From assembly GCA_964016885.1 (NCBI GenBank), contig OZ024746.1, forward strand, positions 84,444,001-84,508,000: DNA of 64,000 nt, written 5' to 3'. This DNA comes from Eledone cirrhosa. Lineage: Eukaryota. Both the position numbers and the translations under genes were made by a program. The notes under the pieces are model-generated. The model saw only the letters and a program-made list of their open reading frames with translations. It searched no databases and was not told the origin of the DNA. Of this stretch, positions 37,038-49,845 are shown piece by piece (the stretch's first letter is position 1; the number at the start of each line of letters is the position of its first letter).

Positions 37038-40000
37038 CAGTGGTCGCCAACATGGGTTCCGCGGAACCTTGGGGTTCCGTAAAACAAACTCCGGGTTCTT
37101 TAAAAAAATAAATATTTACATTACCATTAATATTTTGGGTTTTCTGAAAACTTCAATTCAGCGAGGTCTCTCAGCCAAGAGGCAGGGTCTGTTCGCTGTT
37201 CTCACAATATAAGTTCAGTAGAATGTTTTCAATAGAGAACACGTTTTAATCTGATGCCCTCACAAAAGCTTTAAAGTCGTCTAAAGTTTCCTCACTGAGT
37301 GAACTCGCTTACTAGTCGCTTTCAACATGCATCCAGTTCCACAGACAATTCTAAATAAGAACACGTTACATTCTGTTGTACTTTGCACAGAAAATATAAC
37401 GCCTGTAAAGTTTCGACTACTAACAAAGGTAATTTTGTATTCCATGCATACACTATAAACTTTGCCACACAATTATGTATTCATTTGATGACATCTGCAT
37501 TCACAATTGAGAAATTACTTTATACAATAAATATATATGTCCACAAACATTTGACTAAACTTTATTTGTTCCAATATAATATGTTTAATGCAGCCTAAAG
37601 CCTTCTTATATTATATCTAACTTTGAGTCAAAATAGATAGAAGATATCTGAATTAATTTCCAATACCATCGTCACATCTACACTATCAGCTGATTTGCAT
37701 TTTTTGCACCTTTTCGTATGGCGGATATTTAAATATATTTACATTACCAATAATATTTAATACGACCCTAAAGTAGTATATGCAGGAAGTGCTGGACTCT
37801 GAAAAAAATTTCTTCTCGTTGTTCATAAATTTGCACCTTTTTCAGTAACCCCTAATATTTTAATATTATTATAAGACTTTAAATAATGTTTGCCATCCTA
37901 AAATGGAGAAATTTCAATTTTTAAAAATTAAAATTTTTTTTTAACTAGTTAAGTTTTTCCAAATATCTAAAATTAAAGTTAATTTAAGTACTTTTTGTAA
38001 TTAAAAAAACTGTTAATTTCTCTTGTTTATTAATGTCATATTAAAAATGTTAACTGTAGATAAATAACATTGATATGATGTCTACTGCAAAGAAGCTGAA
38101 GTTAGATACCAGCAGTAAGGTTAGACAGTGGTGTGATGATTATGTTAGATATGGATTTCAAAAAGCTGACACTAAAAAAGATACACCAGATCAGCCCATC
38201 CTGCAAAACTTAAAAGACACATTGATACTAATCACACTAATGATAAAAACAAGTCACTGGAATACTTTACTTCGCTGAAAAACAACATTAAAAAATCACA
38301 AGCTAATATGTATGACTTGTTTTGTAAAAAGTCAGATAGAAATAAAGCTTTAACAAGAAGATCTTTTGAGATTTCACATTTGATTGGTAAAAATAAGAAA
38401 CCATTTACATTAGGAGAACAGTTAATTCTGCCAAGTATAAAAATTGCTACAGAGAGTCTTTTTGAAAGCTGCAGTGTTAAGGACAAAGAAAAATTAAGCC
38501 AGTTACCATTGTCAGCAAATACCGTAAAAAGAGGGATAATTGATATTTCTTCTGATATAGAAAATCAGATACTAACTGCACTAAAGAAAAGCCCATGTTT
38601 TGGACTGCAAGTGGACGAAACTACGGATATTAATAACAAGGCTCAATTAATTTGCTATGTACGGTTTGTAGACCTTGATAAAAAAGAATTAGTAGAAGAG
38701 TATTTGTTTTGTCTGGCATTAGACATCACAACTAAAGGTCAAGATATATTCAATAAAATTGAAGAGTATTTTTTTAAAAATGGTGTATCTTGGAGCAAGT
38801 TGACTTCAATAACAACAGATGGAGCAGCTGCAATGACTGGTAAAAATTCTGGTTTGATTGCAAAAATTAAAGAACAGACCCCAAATTGTATTTCAAATCA
38901 TTGTATGATTCATCGAGAGGTTTTGTGTTAAAAAAAATTCAAAGACAGAGATGCTCAAATATTAAATGACCAGCTGAAAGACATTGTCAAAATTATCAAT
39001 TTGATCCATGCAAGAGCAAAAATTCTAGAATGTTTGAATCTATTTGTGAATCTTCTGGAAGTAATTATAATAGATTGTTATTGAACAATGATGTGCGTTG
39101 GCTGTCTTTTGGGGATGCTATGAAGAGAGTTTTTGAACTGAGAAGAAATAATAGATTTTCTAAAAAAACAGAATGATGAAAGAGCAAGTGTATTAGAAAC
39201 CAATGAATGGAATGTGCAACTCGCTTATTTAGTAGACATTTTTGGTGAACTGAACAAACTAAATGAGTGTCTTCAGGTTAACAATGCAGATATTTTTACT
39301 TCAATCAATTTTATTACATATTTTCAATCAAAATTAAACATCTTTATAAAAAGAATTGAATCGGACAATTACTTTCAAACCTTGAAATAGAGCTTAAAAA
39401 GAGAGAAAATTTTGACTCCAGCAATCTAAAGAAGATTATTTTTTCTCATTTAAATGTGCTTTCCACAGGTTTTTCAGATTATTTTGACTTGATGGAAAAA
39501 GATATTGTTAGCGGAAATTTATGGATAAAAAACCCGTTCACTGAGATCGAGCAGTTAGTGTCAGAAAATGACGCTGGAAATTGTAAAAATTTACTACCTG
39601 CCCAATGCTTACATCAGTTGATGGATTTGAATTCAAACGAAGACCTGAAAGTGATATTCGAAAGCAGAAAGAAAGAACTATGGATCGACTTATTCTTGAT
39701 TGGGGAGTTTAATGAAATCAGCCGACTTGCATTGAAGTATTTGACTTTATTCCCATCTAGTTATTTATGCGAAAAAAGGTTTTCGCAGTTGGTGGAAATC
39801 TGCACAAAGAAGAGGAATAAACTGTCAGCAATTGACGAGTGTATGTAACTGGCATTACCTAGTGTTGAACCTCGATTTTCTAAACTCACTGATGAGGCGC
39901 AGCAGCAGAAAAGCCACTAGTTAATTGTGTTCGATTACATACACACGCATGAAACACTAAAATAAATAAATACTTTATTATTTTTTTTGAAAAGTTTTGT

Positions 40001-40072
40001 ATTGTATAGGTTCCGTGAAGAATTCAAAATATTTAAAGGGTTCCTCGGTTTTAGAAAGGTTGGCGACCACTG
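37038..40072 (+). mobile_element. Full-length (3035 bp) hAT DNA transposon, Buster/Charlie type, with disrupted transposase
   Basis: TIRs CAGTGGTCGCCAAC (37038) and GTTGGCGACCACTG (ends 40072). Identical 8-bp TSD ATCTACTG at 37030-37037 and 40073-40080, with central TA. Confidence 0.96.
38075..39920 (+). pseudogene. hAT (Buster-like) DDE transposase broken by stops and frameshifts
   Basis: Motifs FGLQVDETTD, ITTDGAAAMTG, HCMIHRE (CxxH), VRWLS, PSSYLCEKRFS and KKRNKL, spread over ORFs 38075, 38308 and 39456. Confidence 0.93.
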
Positions 40073-40648
40073 ATCTACTGTATACGTATTTCTCCCTACC
40101 TGTTAGTTTGCCTGCTATCCCACTACATCTCTTGTGTACCCAAGATCTGCATTGTGTACATTTATAGAATTTATGCCAGTTCCTTTTCTGTATATCGAAC
40201 ATGGCCATTTCACTGACGGAATCAGAGTTTTGTCCTCTTTTCTACTCATCAACACTTTTGTCTTAGCTAGGTTCACTCTCAGTCCTCTTGATTCCAACTG
40301 CTGTTTCTATAGCCAGAATTTATTCTCTAGCTCCTCTACTGATTCTACTATAAGAACCAGATCGTCAGCATAGAGAAGTTTCCATGGACAGCCAGTCTTA
40401 AACTCCTGTGTTATGGCTTGGAGGACTATAATGAACAAGAGCGGGCTGAGGACCGAACCCTGATGTACTCCTACTTGTATCTGGAATTCCTCACTAAACT
40501 CCATTCCTACTCTCACTTTACTGACAGCACCCCTGTACATAGCTTGCACTGTCCTCACAAGCCATTCCTCAACACCTAGTTTCCTTAGGGACCACCACAT
40601 GACAGATCGGGGTACCCTATCAAAGGCCTTCTCTAGGTCAACAAAAAC
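40073..40648 (-). mobile_element. RTE-clade LINE RT core; continuation of 36366-37037 on the other side of the hAT
   Basis: VDLEKAFDRVP, GVHQGSVLSPLLF, LLYADDL and WPC..CTQC..WVHKRC. The frame continues across the TSD. Confidence 0.92.
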
Positions 40649-40723
40649 TAAGTATGTTTATCTAAAAATCTTCCAGTATCTTTTTATGCAAGAATCTTTG
40701 CTTAATCAATTTAAAACATCAGC

Positions 40724-40952
40724 TTAAGCCTTTAACATTTACATTACTCTATATTTACTATTATATTTTCACAGTAAAGGCTTTGCCTTACATAATTATC
40801 TCACATAATATTGAATCTATGAGATTTTGATATTATTCATTTTGAGAACAATACCTTAACATCAGTATGAGTGGCCAGTTACAGCCAGTTTGAACAGAAA
40901 GAGGTGAGAGAATTCTGGCTGGTTACAGCTGGTTTAAATGCTAAAGGGTTAA
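40724..40952 (-). mobile_element. piggyBac-like MITE, inverted copy of 48409-48578
   Basis: ttaagcctttaacatt ... aatgctaaagggttaa. The internal sequence is the reverse complement of the 48.4-kb copy. Confidence 0.75.
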
Positions 40953-41263
40953 TAATGAGAAAGTTAGTTATGTTATGAAAGACATTGCCTATGGTTTTCA
41001 CATAATTTTGAAAAGAATCAATGATTTGAAGAAATTGAGTAATATGACAAACATTCTCATTTTTAAGCTGGTGTTTGGAGCATAACTTAAAGATTATTAC
41101 ATGAAATTATGGTGGAAAGTTTTAAACACTTTAAAACAAACAGCTTTGTATCACAGAACCAGAGTTGGTGTCAGGTGGTTTTGTATCAGAACTTTTAAAG
41201 AAAATGTCATATCTTTATTTTATTCTAACTGATGTGTATTCATTGTTTTAATTTTCTCCTTAG

Positions 41264-41307
41264 ATATTTTGTCATCAGCATTTGGTAATCTTCAAGCATC
41301 ATGTCAG
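41264..41307 (+). CDS. TDP1: TDP1 coding exon (44 nt)
   Basis: ctccttAG|AT...CAG|GTAAGC. Encodes DILSSAFGNLQASCQ (TDP1 DILSPLFGTLVSSAQ). Confidence 0.95.
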
Positions 41308-42020
41308 GTAAGCATCATTAAAATACTTTTAATGTTTATTGTTGAAACCAATGAAGGGTTCATCTTCATTATGTTTATTGACTACATATCATCTTATTTT
41401 TACATAAAATAATCAAATATATTCATCTCATCTTTTAAAATTTATATGGTTCAAATGGTGTCATGTATTTTATTTTTTAATCAATATATTTTATTAAGGA
41501 TTTATTAAAAACAAGAAAAGCTGACATTAAACGATGATGATGAATAGCATAGAGGCTTAACAATAGCATAGGTCAAATCAATGACTAACAATTTCTCTAG
41601 TGCTGAGACCATGATCAAATGCACCCAGTAAACTCTGTAAAGTGGTTGGTGTTAGGAAGGGCATCCAGACATAGAACCTATGCTAAAAACAAGTTGAGAG
41701 CACTCTTCAGTCAGCTCATGGACACACCAGTCTTTCTAGTGCTGGCACCACAATAAAATGTACCCAGTACACACTGTCATTGGGATTAGAAAGGGCATTC
41801 AACCATACCAAAGGGTTGAGAACACTTTTCAACTGTATCAAGGACACAACAACCACACTTGTGCTGTTACCACCATAAAATACACCCAATACAATATCCA
41901 GGTGTAGAAACAGTGTAAAAACAGGATTTTTTGCAAATATTCTAAGTATGTGTTAATGATAAAAGAATAATAATACTACTGTCATTGTAAACTAATTCTA
42001 TTTCCTCTTTTGGTTTTTAG

Positions 42021-42076
42021 TTTAATTACATGTTTGATATCAAGTGGCTGATGCAGCAATATGCTCCAGAATTCAG
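42021..42076 (+). CDS. TDP1: TDP1 coding exon (56 nt)
   Basis: ttttAG|TTT...AG|GTAAGT. Encodes FNYMFDIKWLMQQYAPEFR (TDP1 FNYCFDVDWLVKQYPPEFR). Confidence 0.96.
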
Positions 42077-42359
42077 GTAAGTCTAATGAGTTGTCACTTA
42101 TCTACATAATCACTTTCGTAATAAACAGATAGGACGGTCAAGGCTTGAATACTTTTGATTATAGGTCTGTTCTATCTGGTCTGAAGCTAAACAATAATCA
42201 TTTCGAGTCTTATGTGTATACAATATATCCTTCGAATTATCAGTAAATTTGAGTGTCCTTGTATGACGTGGGGAATCTATCTTGATATTTTGATTGTGAT
42301 AAAATATACAAATTTGCTTACTTCACAATTTAAGGGTTTGCAATGTGAGGGTTACTCAG

Positions 42360-42790
42360 ATGTAAAAGCATAGGCATTACAAGGGAGGCTTAACAAGGAG
42401 ATCCCTCTATAATTTGGAACAATCTCTCTTGTCTCCCTTTTTGAAAATTGGGATAATCACTCCTGATTGCCATTGGTTAGGTGCCTTTCCAGAGATCTAT
42501 GCCATCCGTCACACACAAGTCAGCCAGAGAATACCTTCTCTATTTAAGGCTTTTATCATCTCAGGCCATATTTCATCTTCCTCAGCGGCCTTACTACTTT
42601 TGAGCTCTTTAACTGTTCTTGTGACCTCAACCTCTGAGAGATTAGTTACCACTCCCAGATGCACCTCATGTACATCAGAAGGTGCTGTTGTGATCAGGTT
42701 TAGGAGATCAGCAAAGTATTCTCTCCACCTCGTGAGGATGCACCTCTCTGAAGAGAGGAGAACCCCTGATGCGTTCCTGATAGCAGTGTA
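42360..42790 (-). mobile_element. RTE (Expander-like) RT N-terminal fragment
   Basis: The minus frame reads KELKSSKAAEEDEIWPEMIKAL...WQSGVIIPIFKKGDKRDCS. Confidence 0.75.
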
Positions 42791-43213
42791 TCTAGGATCA
42801 CATTACACTCTGTGTGTCCTTTTTTTTTAAGATTGTGGGATGTTATTTGAGGGAAGAATTGCTCCTGTGTTTTTTGTTTTTTTTGCAAATCAAATGTATA
42901 TGTAGAGGTTCCCTTGGTTCAACATTCACATATATTATAATTGGTAGTAGATACATTTAATTTGTCACCTAGTTTAATACCATCATCAATCTCTTGGAAG
43001 CCTTTAGAAGAACCTACATTTCTGTAAGGATTTGATCTACATCTGCAGAAGGTTACTGGCATCTGTCTAAGATGTAAAAAAACAATTAGCTATATTATTA
43101 ATATCTTTAGTAACACAGTGAGGGATAATGGTATTTTTATTCTGAATATAAAGTTAATTTTCAGTTACCTCTTAAATTTCCATCTTAAACTTCCAGTCTC
43201 TTCTCAATTTCAG

Positions 43214-43310
43214 GCAAAAACCTGTTTTGATTGTTCATGGGTTTAACGGTTCTGAAATGACTGGCTTACAGAATGATGCTTCTATATTTTCCAATGTGTC
43301 AATGTGTCAA
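43214..43310 (+). CDS. TDP1: TDP1 coding exon (97 nt)
   Basis: tttcAG|G...CAA|GTAAGT. Encodes QKPVLIVHGFNGSEMTGLQNDASIFSNVSMCQ (TDP1 KPILLVHG...NISLCQ). Confidence 0.95.
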
Positions 43311-45187
43311 GTAAGTACATTTTCACTTCTTATAATCTTTTTTCTCTTCTTTCTGTTTTATCTATTTTATAATTATGTTGTTTTTGTTTCCTTGATTAGT
43401 TATCAATTGGGGGTAAGTCAACAGTAGAGAGGGAGGCTTAGATTACTGATGTGAGAGAGAAGACAGCTCAATTAACTGTGCTACTAGAGAGGGTGGCCTC
43501 AGTAGGCAGAGAAGGTGGCTCATTTAACTGGGGTGGTACAAAAGGTAGTTCAGTCAACTAAGGTGATGGAGTGGGCAACAAATTCACTCATATGAGGTGA
43601 CAAAAATAGCTCAGTCAACTAAACTTTGCTGATAAGACACTTCAAATAGTGGTCATATACTTCTAGCTTCTGTAAGTTCTTGCTCTTATTGGTCAAATCT
43701 TGCATCCATATGGATGATGTGATGATCTCTCAGTAGATTTTTGCGGCCAGATGGATTTCTGTCCTAAACCATAATAAGTTTTAAAAATGACAGTATGCAG
43801 TACATTGTTGATATGGAGATCTATTCCATCTTTACCTTGGTCTTTGACAATAAAGATGGTGCCAAGAGACTGGAATTGATTACGATCTTCCAAATGTTTG
43901 CCATTGAGTATAATAGTAGATCTTCTATGTTTGTGCATTGATTTTGTTTTAAACTCTGAAATTCGTCATTGTTACTAGATTGATTGCATCCAACAGCTCC
44001 TATTTAAAAGGTGCCTCCATTGGTTTAGTTACATATTTTACTCCCCACAAGGTAAACTCTTCTATGATACAGTTGAGCCCAAACCCCTTCTGGAATGATG
44101 TATATAGCAAGACAGACAGTTGACAATGTGATTTGCATAATCAAATAATTAGCTGAGTGACATTAACTTGGATAGACAAGGGAAGCTACTTTTGTAGAAT
44201 TATGTCCCTTACAAGTGAGGCTAGGTGAATGTGTCCATAAAAGACGACGGCCATGCAAGGGTACCACTACCTTGACAGGATTTAGTTGATCATATCAACT
44301 CAAATATAAAAAAACAAACTTTTTGGAGTAACGTTACTTAATAGAATGCTTAGCTCTGAGATCAGAGAGTCACTCCAGGTAGAGCTGCTACTTCTCTGAA
44401 TTGAGAGATCACAGCTCTAATACTGTGGGCATGTAGTTAGAATGTCTCAGGAAAGAATTACTGGACAGATTTTATGGACAAAACCAGCTGGCAGGCGATA
44501 CAGGGCTAGACCCCGAGCATGATGGTTGGATAATATCCCTGAGCTTGGCTGGTCTTGCTTGGGGATCAGGCCAGATCAGTTGGGGACAGTTGCTTCTAAC
44601 AGGACCCACTGGAGGGAGTGTTTGAGGAATACTCTGGCCCCACGACCCTCTCGAGAATAAGTGGGCAAAGAAGAAAAAGGAGAAATCTGGTACGTATTTT
44701 TTCAATTTCGATTTTAGCAAAACATTAAGTTACTGGATATAAGCAGCAATTGTAAACACGGACACGCACCCATATCTACCTACTTATATATATACTTACA
44801 TACTTATTAATAAAACTAAGGAAAACCTTTGATGCCTTCAACAGTGGTATCTTTGACCTAATAAGGCAGAGATATCAACAATATGGCTGAGGGTAACTCT
44901 CCAGGGGAATATTCTGCATACTAAATACAAATATAGTAGTGTCTCACATATTCAGTGTGGTGAGTTGAAAAAATAAATAACATCAAAATCTCATAGATTC
45001 GATATTATGTGAGATATAATGTGAGGTAAAGCCTTTACCATTAAAATACAATAGTAAATATAGAGTAATGTAAGTGCTAAAGGGTTAAGAGAATTTGTTA
45101 AAAGTGTATGTTCTTATTTTCTTTTAACAATATTGTTTGTTAATTAATATTTCTTATTTTCTCTCTCTTTTTTTTTAATGTTTTCAG

Positions 45188-45222
45188 GCCCGTTTAGATA
45201 TTCCTTATGGAACTCATCATAC
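45188..45222 (+). CDS. TDP1: TDP1 coding exon (35 nt) carrying the catalytic His of the first HKN motif
   Basis: ttttcAG|GCC...AC|GTAAGT. Encodes ARLDIPYGTHHT (TDP1 AKLDIAFGTHHT). Confidence 0.96.
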
Positions 45223-46074
45223 GTAAGTATAATTATCATTAGCATTAATTATCATTAGAGTCTGTTCTTGTTTTGATGATTATTATGGTTGGTTACCATG
45301 AGTCAGCTCTGATCAAGCAAATTTATTATGAAAGGTATTCTAACCATAATTATCTTGTCTTATTCTCAGACATAGTATACCAAGGACTACATTATCCAAT
45401 GTATCCTTTATTTTCTAAGATAATAAAGTGTTATATATGGAAGAATCTCTTGCCTAACTTTTCTATTAAGTTGAGCAACTGCAAGCCACAGGATAGGGCA
45501 TTGTTACCCAATGTGTCTTATCATTTTTTAAGTCAGTAAGGTATTGTGGGTGTTGGTGTATGCATGTGTGTGTGGGTGAGTATATATATATATATATATA
45601 CATATACACACACACACACACAGTGTTTCTGACAAAGACAGCTGATTGAACAGGGATTTCAAGATTAGAAATAAGTAGTAACATAACCACTGCCATGCTG
45701 GTTAATACATAGATCTCCATTGATTAATCGACCCTCTGAAACCATTGTAAAACAATGAACTAACTATCTACTTACACCTGACTTCCGTTTTTTTTATAGT
45801 TCTATGCACAAACACACACACACACATACACACACACACACATATATATATATACTGTCCAACCGATACAAGCATGGAAAAGCAGACGTAAAAACGATGA
45901 TGATATACATGGTGAAGGTGTGTGGCTTATTGTGTTCAATTCCCAGTAGTGGATTGTGTCTTTGAGTAATACAACTTTATTTCATGTTGCTCCAGTGCAT
46001 ATAACTGGAACACTCAACTGAAATCCAACACAACACACATGTACAGCTGTTAAATGATGGTGATAATATATGAT

Positions 46075-46580
46075 GCTGCTGCCATGACAAAAAAAACACC
46101 CAAATACACCTTAAAGGGTGATCTGGGGCCACAACAAAAGCATCCAGTCCACTCTGTAAGGTGGTCATGTTGGTTTCACATGAGGCTCCCAGTCCACCCT
46201 GTATAGTGGTTGTATTGGTGACACGAGAAAAAAAAGCTCCCAGTCTACCCTGTATGGTGGTCATACTGGTGAAAAAACAAAAACAAAGCACCTGGTTCAC
46301 CCTGCAAGGTGATGGTGCTGGTGACTCAACAAAAAGTGCCCAGCCCATCCTGTAAGGTGGTCATGCTGGTGACAACAGAAAACCACCCAGTCCATCCTGT
46401 CAGATGATCATTTTGGTGCCACGATAAAAAGCACCCAGTCCACACTGGTTGGTGTTAGGAAGGGCATCAAGCCGTAGAAGTCAAGCCAAAATCCAGATCC
46501 ACATGAGCAAGATGTCACTTAACCTGACTTGTTTCATAATGTGACAACCTGTCTAACCCATGCAAGTAAGGAAAAATGCA
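46075..46580 (+). repeat. Tandem ~38-bp units (aaaagcacccagtccaccctgtaaggtggtcatgctggtgacac) ending in an RTE-type tail; related arrays at about 5590-5830 and 41590-41910
   Basis: About 9 degenerate units, then ggtgttaggaagggcatc...ctaacccatgc. Confidence 0.75.
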
Positions 46581-46655
<75 letters not shown>

Positions 46656-46865
46656 GATCTGATCTGGTGACCGTAGTGGTCTACAAATGAGGAAGAACTC
46701 AATATTTAAAACATCCTCTGTACAGAAACATAAAAAATTTTAATTATTCTAAGATAACCAGGATTACTCATCAAATAACAATATTCAGATTATGTGTTGC
46801 ATGTGTGTGAATAATCAGCCCTTGTACGTAGATGAAAAAACTATATATTTTCGCCTGTTTCAAAT

Positions 46866-46958
46866 TCCAGCTGAGAGCAGGGCGGAGAAGCACTGTTTTA
46901 ATGATGGCCGTAAGCCAGAAACATGTCAACAGTTATCCTCTACTGCTTCTGCTGGGAT
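46866..46958 (+). ncRNA. Degenerate type I hammerhead ribozyme with extended stem I
   Basis: ACUGUU UUAAUGA UGGC-CGUAA-GCCA GAAA CAUG UC^ AACAGU. The core CUGAUGA is mutated to UUAAUGA; the flanks pair further (ccagc/gctgg, agcag/ctgct). Confidence 0.6.
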
Positions 46959-47403
46959 CCGTTAGATGGCGTTAGCTGTCAGCTTTTCAATATTCATAGC
47001 TAAAAGGCTTTCAAAATGTTTATTCGTAAACATATCATATATCATTAGATATACAAACTTCACATACACATATATATATCTCCATTTAATTGATTATTTG
47101 TCTCGTTAATTCGACGGACTAAGAGGAAAGACTAGGTAAATTTTATCTGACTGTTCCTCAGAGGAATATCGATAACATTTATCTGTTATTTCTTCAAAGT
47201 TACATTTTAAACTTCTTCAAATTTTATGTGTGTGTTTGTGTGTATGTGTATGTGTGTGAATGAATATATGTGTAAATATATGTATACATTTTCTTTAATA
47301 GACCGTTTTTCATATAGACTTGTGAATGTCTTATAACTAAGCTTATGAATTGTTATGTTACGTAAATTCATACTGTAATTTCCTAATTTTCTTTCTATTT
47401 TAG

Positions 47404-47496
47404 AAAGATGATGTTTCTTCTTTATGACAATGGTTTGAAGGTTGTTATTCACACTGCTAACCTTATTCCAGGAGATTGGTACCAAAAGACCCAAGG
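47404..47496 (+). CDS. TDP1: TDP1 coding exon (93 nt) with Lys and Asn of the first HKN motif
   Basis: tattttAG|A...GG|GTATAT. Encodes [31 protein letters not shown]. Confidence 0.96.
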
Positions 47497-47694
47497 GTAT
47501 ATTCTTCATAATATTTTTTATATAAGAATTCCACTAACTTTTTGTCTTAAATTTATTATTATCTGATTACAATATTTCTTTTCTTTTACCATCCTATACC
47601 ACATAACACTACATTTGCAAGGCATTCTTGAAAAGTGCAAAACAACATTATGGTTGCATCACATTCGAAATTGACGTTTTTACTCTATCTAATA

Positions 47695-48025
47695 GGTGGC
47701 AAATTGGCAGAATCGTTAGGATGTCGGATAGAATGCTTTATGGTATTCGTTCTGGCTCTCTGCTCTCGGAGTTCAAATCCTGCCGAGGTCAACTTTGCCT
47801 TTCATCCTTTCGAGGTTGATAAAAAAAGTACCAGTCTAGTACTGGGGTCGATTCTTCCTCTATATCTCTTTCTCATTTCCTCTCTTTCACTTTCTATCTT
47901 TCTATGGAAGATATCTGCTGTACTCTGGGCTGGAGAGGGATGGATTCTGCCAGGCTTAAAATGCCCAAGAAACTGTATGTCATTACGGTGCTTCTATGAC
48001 TCTATCAGGAGTTACGGGACCATAC
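47695..48025 (+). mobile_element. tRNA-derived SINE with long pyrimidine-rich tail (other copies 1735-2070 on +, 27180-27525 on -)
   Basis: A-box-like tggcagaatcgttag, B box gagttcaaatcc and core aactttgcctttcatcctttcgaggtcgataaaa..gtaccagt. The three copies share the same tail. Confidence 0.85.
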
Positions 48026-48408
48026 ATATTTAATACCTCAAATTTTCCCAACAATTTGTCAACTAGTAAAGATGCTGTGAATTAATAAACTTGCTTGTAG
48101 ATATTTTCTGATAAATCATTACAGGATGTTAAGAGCTAATGATCGTTATTTCTTGTTTATATATTATGTTTTACACTTATGTATGTTATAACATTATCAT
48201 TTTTATGTCGATTTTTCCATGCTTGAATAGATAGTACTGGTCTTCTCCTGCACAACATTTTGCCACTTGCTGCAATTCTTTGTCATAATTCCAGTCAGTG
48301 CCAGAAAAGTGATCTTGAAGAAGTTCTCTCACTGTCATATGTTGTTAGAATACATTAATGTGATGATAGGGAGTGGAGAAGGGAGAGTGTAGACAATCAT
48401 AAAACCTG

Positions 48409-48578
48409 TTAACCCTTTAGCATTTAATTCTCTCACCTCTTTCTGTTCAAACCAGCTGTAACTGGCCACTCATACTAATGTTAAGGTATTGTTCTCAAAA
48501 TAAATAATATCAAAATCTCATAGCTTCGATATTATGTGAGATAGTAATTATAGAATAATGTTAATGCTAAAGGGTTAA
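48409..48578 (+). mobile_element. piggyBac-like MITE (TTAA target site, CCCTTTAGCATT TIR)
   Basis: TTAA|CCCTTTAGCATT ... AATGCTAAAGGG|TTAA. An inverted copy lies at 40724-40952 and a partial copy at about 44960-45088. Confidence 0.8.
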
Positions 48579-48810
48579 ATCTTTTGCTACTATATTTCTA
48601 ATGAAAGACACTGTTTACAGTTTTCAAATAATTTGGAGAGATTTAGTAATATAATTAACTTTCTCATTATTAAGCTGGTGTTTGGAAAATAACAAAATTA
48701 TGATAGGTTTTAGATAAATATTTAAAAATAAACAGCTTAGCATCATAAAACTATGGTTGGTTTTAGCATCATAAAACTATAGTCGGTTTGGCCTCAGAAA
48801 TTTAGCATTA
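48579..48810 (+). mobile_element. Second TTAA-type MITE family (other copies about 2198-2370 on -, and 21943-22190, 40960-41200, 60135-60372)
   Basis: Shared core atgaaagacact...ttctcattattaagctggtgtttgg...aaacagctttgtat, with ends resembling ttaaccctttt / aaaagggttaa. Confidence 0.6.
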
Positions 48811-49845
48811 GAGCAGTATAACTTCCAAATATTGAGAGAGAGAGAGAGAGAGAATTTAGTGACTTTCATAGTGATATTAGTCTTCCAATATAATATACCA
48901 TGTTTGCGTGCATATAGATATATATCACTACACTGCATGGGGATATTTAAAGGATGGGGATTTTGTGTGTGACTGCAGCATGAAACCATAGACTATGTAG
49001 CACCTCCTGATATGCCCCCTGCTGGAACACCATCTAGCCAAGCTCTATAACTGACACTCTTGTGGACACAATAAAAACTACACTACAAAACTAATAAATA
49101 TCATAAGCATAGTTATACATTTTTTGCTATTATATATAGAATAAAGTTATAAAAATATAACATTTAAAATTGTTACAAAGGACTTTGTAATGACCTTGTA
49201 TGAAAGCATTCTTCATATATAATAGTCTTGCTGTTGGTTTGCTGGCGAAGGAGTGGCAAGGATATAATGGATTGTGTGTTTGCTGTTGCTTTTGTTTTTC
49301 TATATATATTTGAATGGAAAAAAAAATTATATGTCAGAAGTAAGGGAAAGGTTGGAGGGTGCAATAGAATTTATACCCCAATCTAGGTGGTATGTCTCAG
49401 TTGCACCTTGCAGACAAAATGGCTGGGGCATTGTTATAGAGAACAGCCAGAGACACCTGCTACATCGGCTACTTCGTAAATTTGATGAGGTGTTTGTGTG
49501 TTTATAAAATAAAAAAAAGAGGAATTGTGATAATCATTTGGAGAGAGGGAGTGGATAATATAGGGAGAGAGAGAGAGGTGGTTGTGTGACAATGTTAAGT
49601 CTGTAATGAGAGTAGGAAATTTAAGGAGCTACAGCTGCAATGAGAGTGTGAGAAAGAAATAGTATACACTGTTGTCAGCATAAAAAGAGACAAACTCTGA
49701 GGAGGTACAGATTTTATCATCAGCTTCTAACAAATGAATTCTGCTACATTGTATTGAGAATGTTTTTCTGGTTTGTCCATCTAAATGAGTGTGTGTATGA
49801 ATGCATGTATATGTGTGAACGTGTGTGTATACATATGATATATAT

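Noticed and set aside
38308-38931. Domesticated ZBED/SCAND3-like gene
   Set aside because: It has multiple stops and frameshifts and is still bounded by TIRs and a TSD, so it is a decayed transposon.
47695-47790. tRNA-like A and B boxes (gagttcaaatcc) at many sites
   Set aside because: These are SINE heads with no complete cloverleaf, and each continues into the SINE core.
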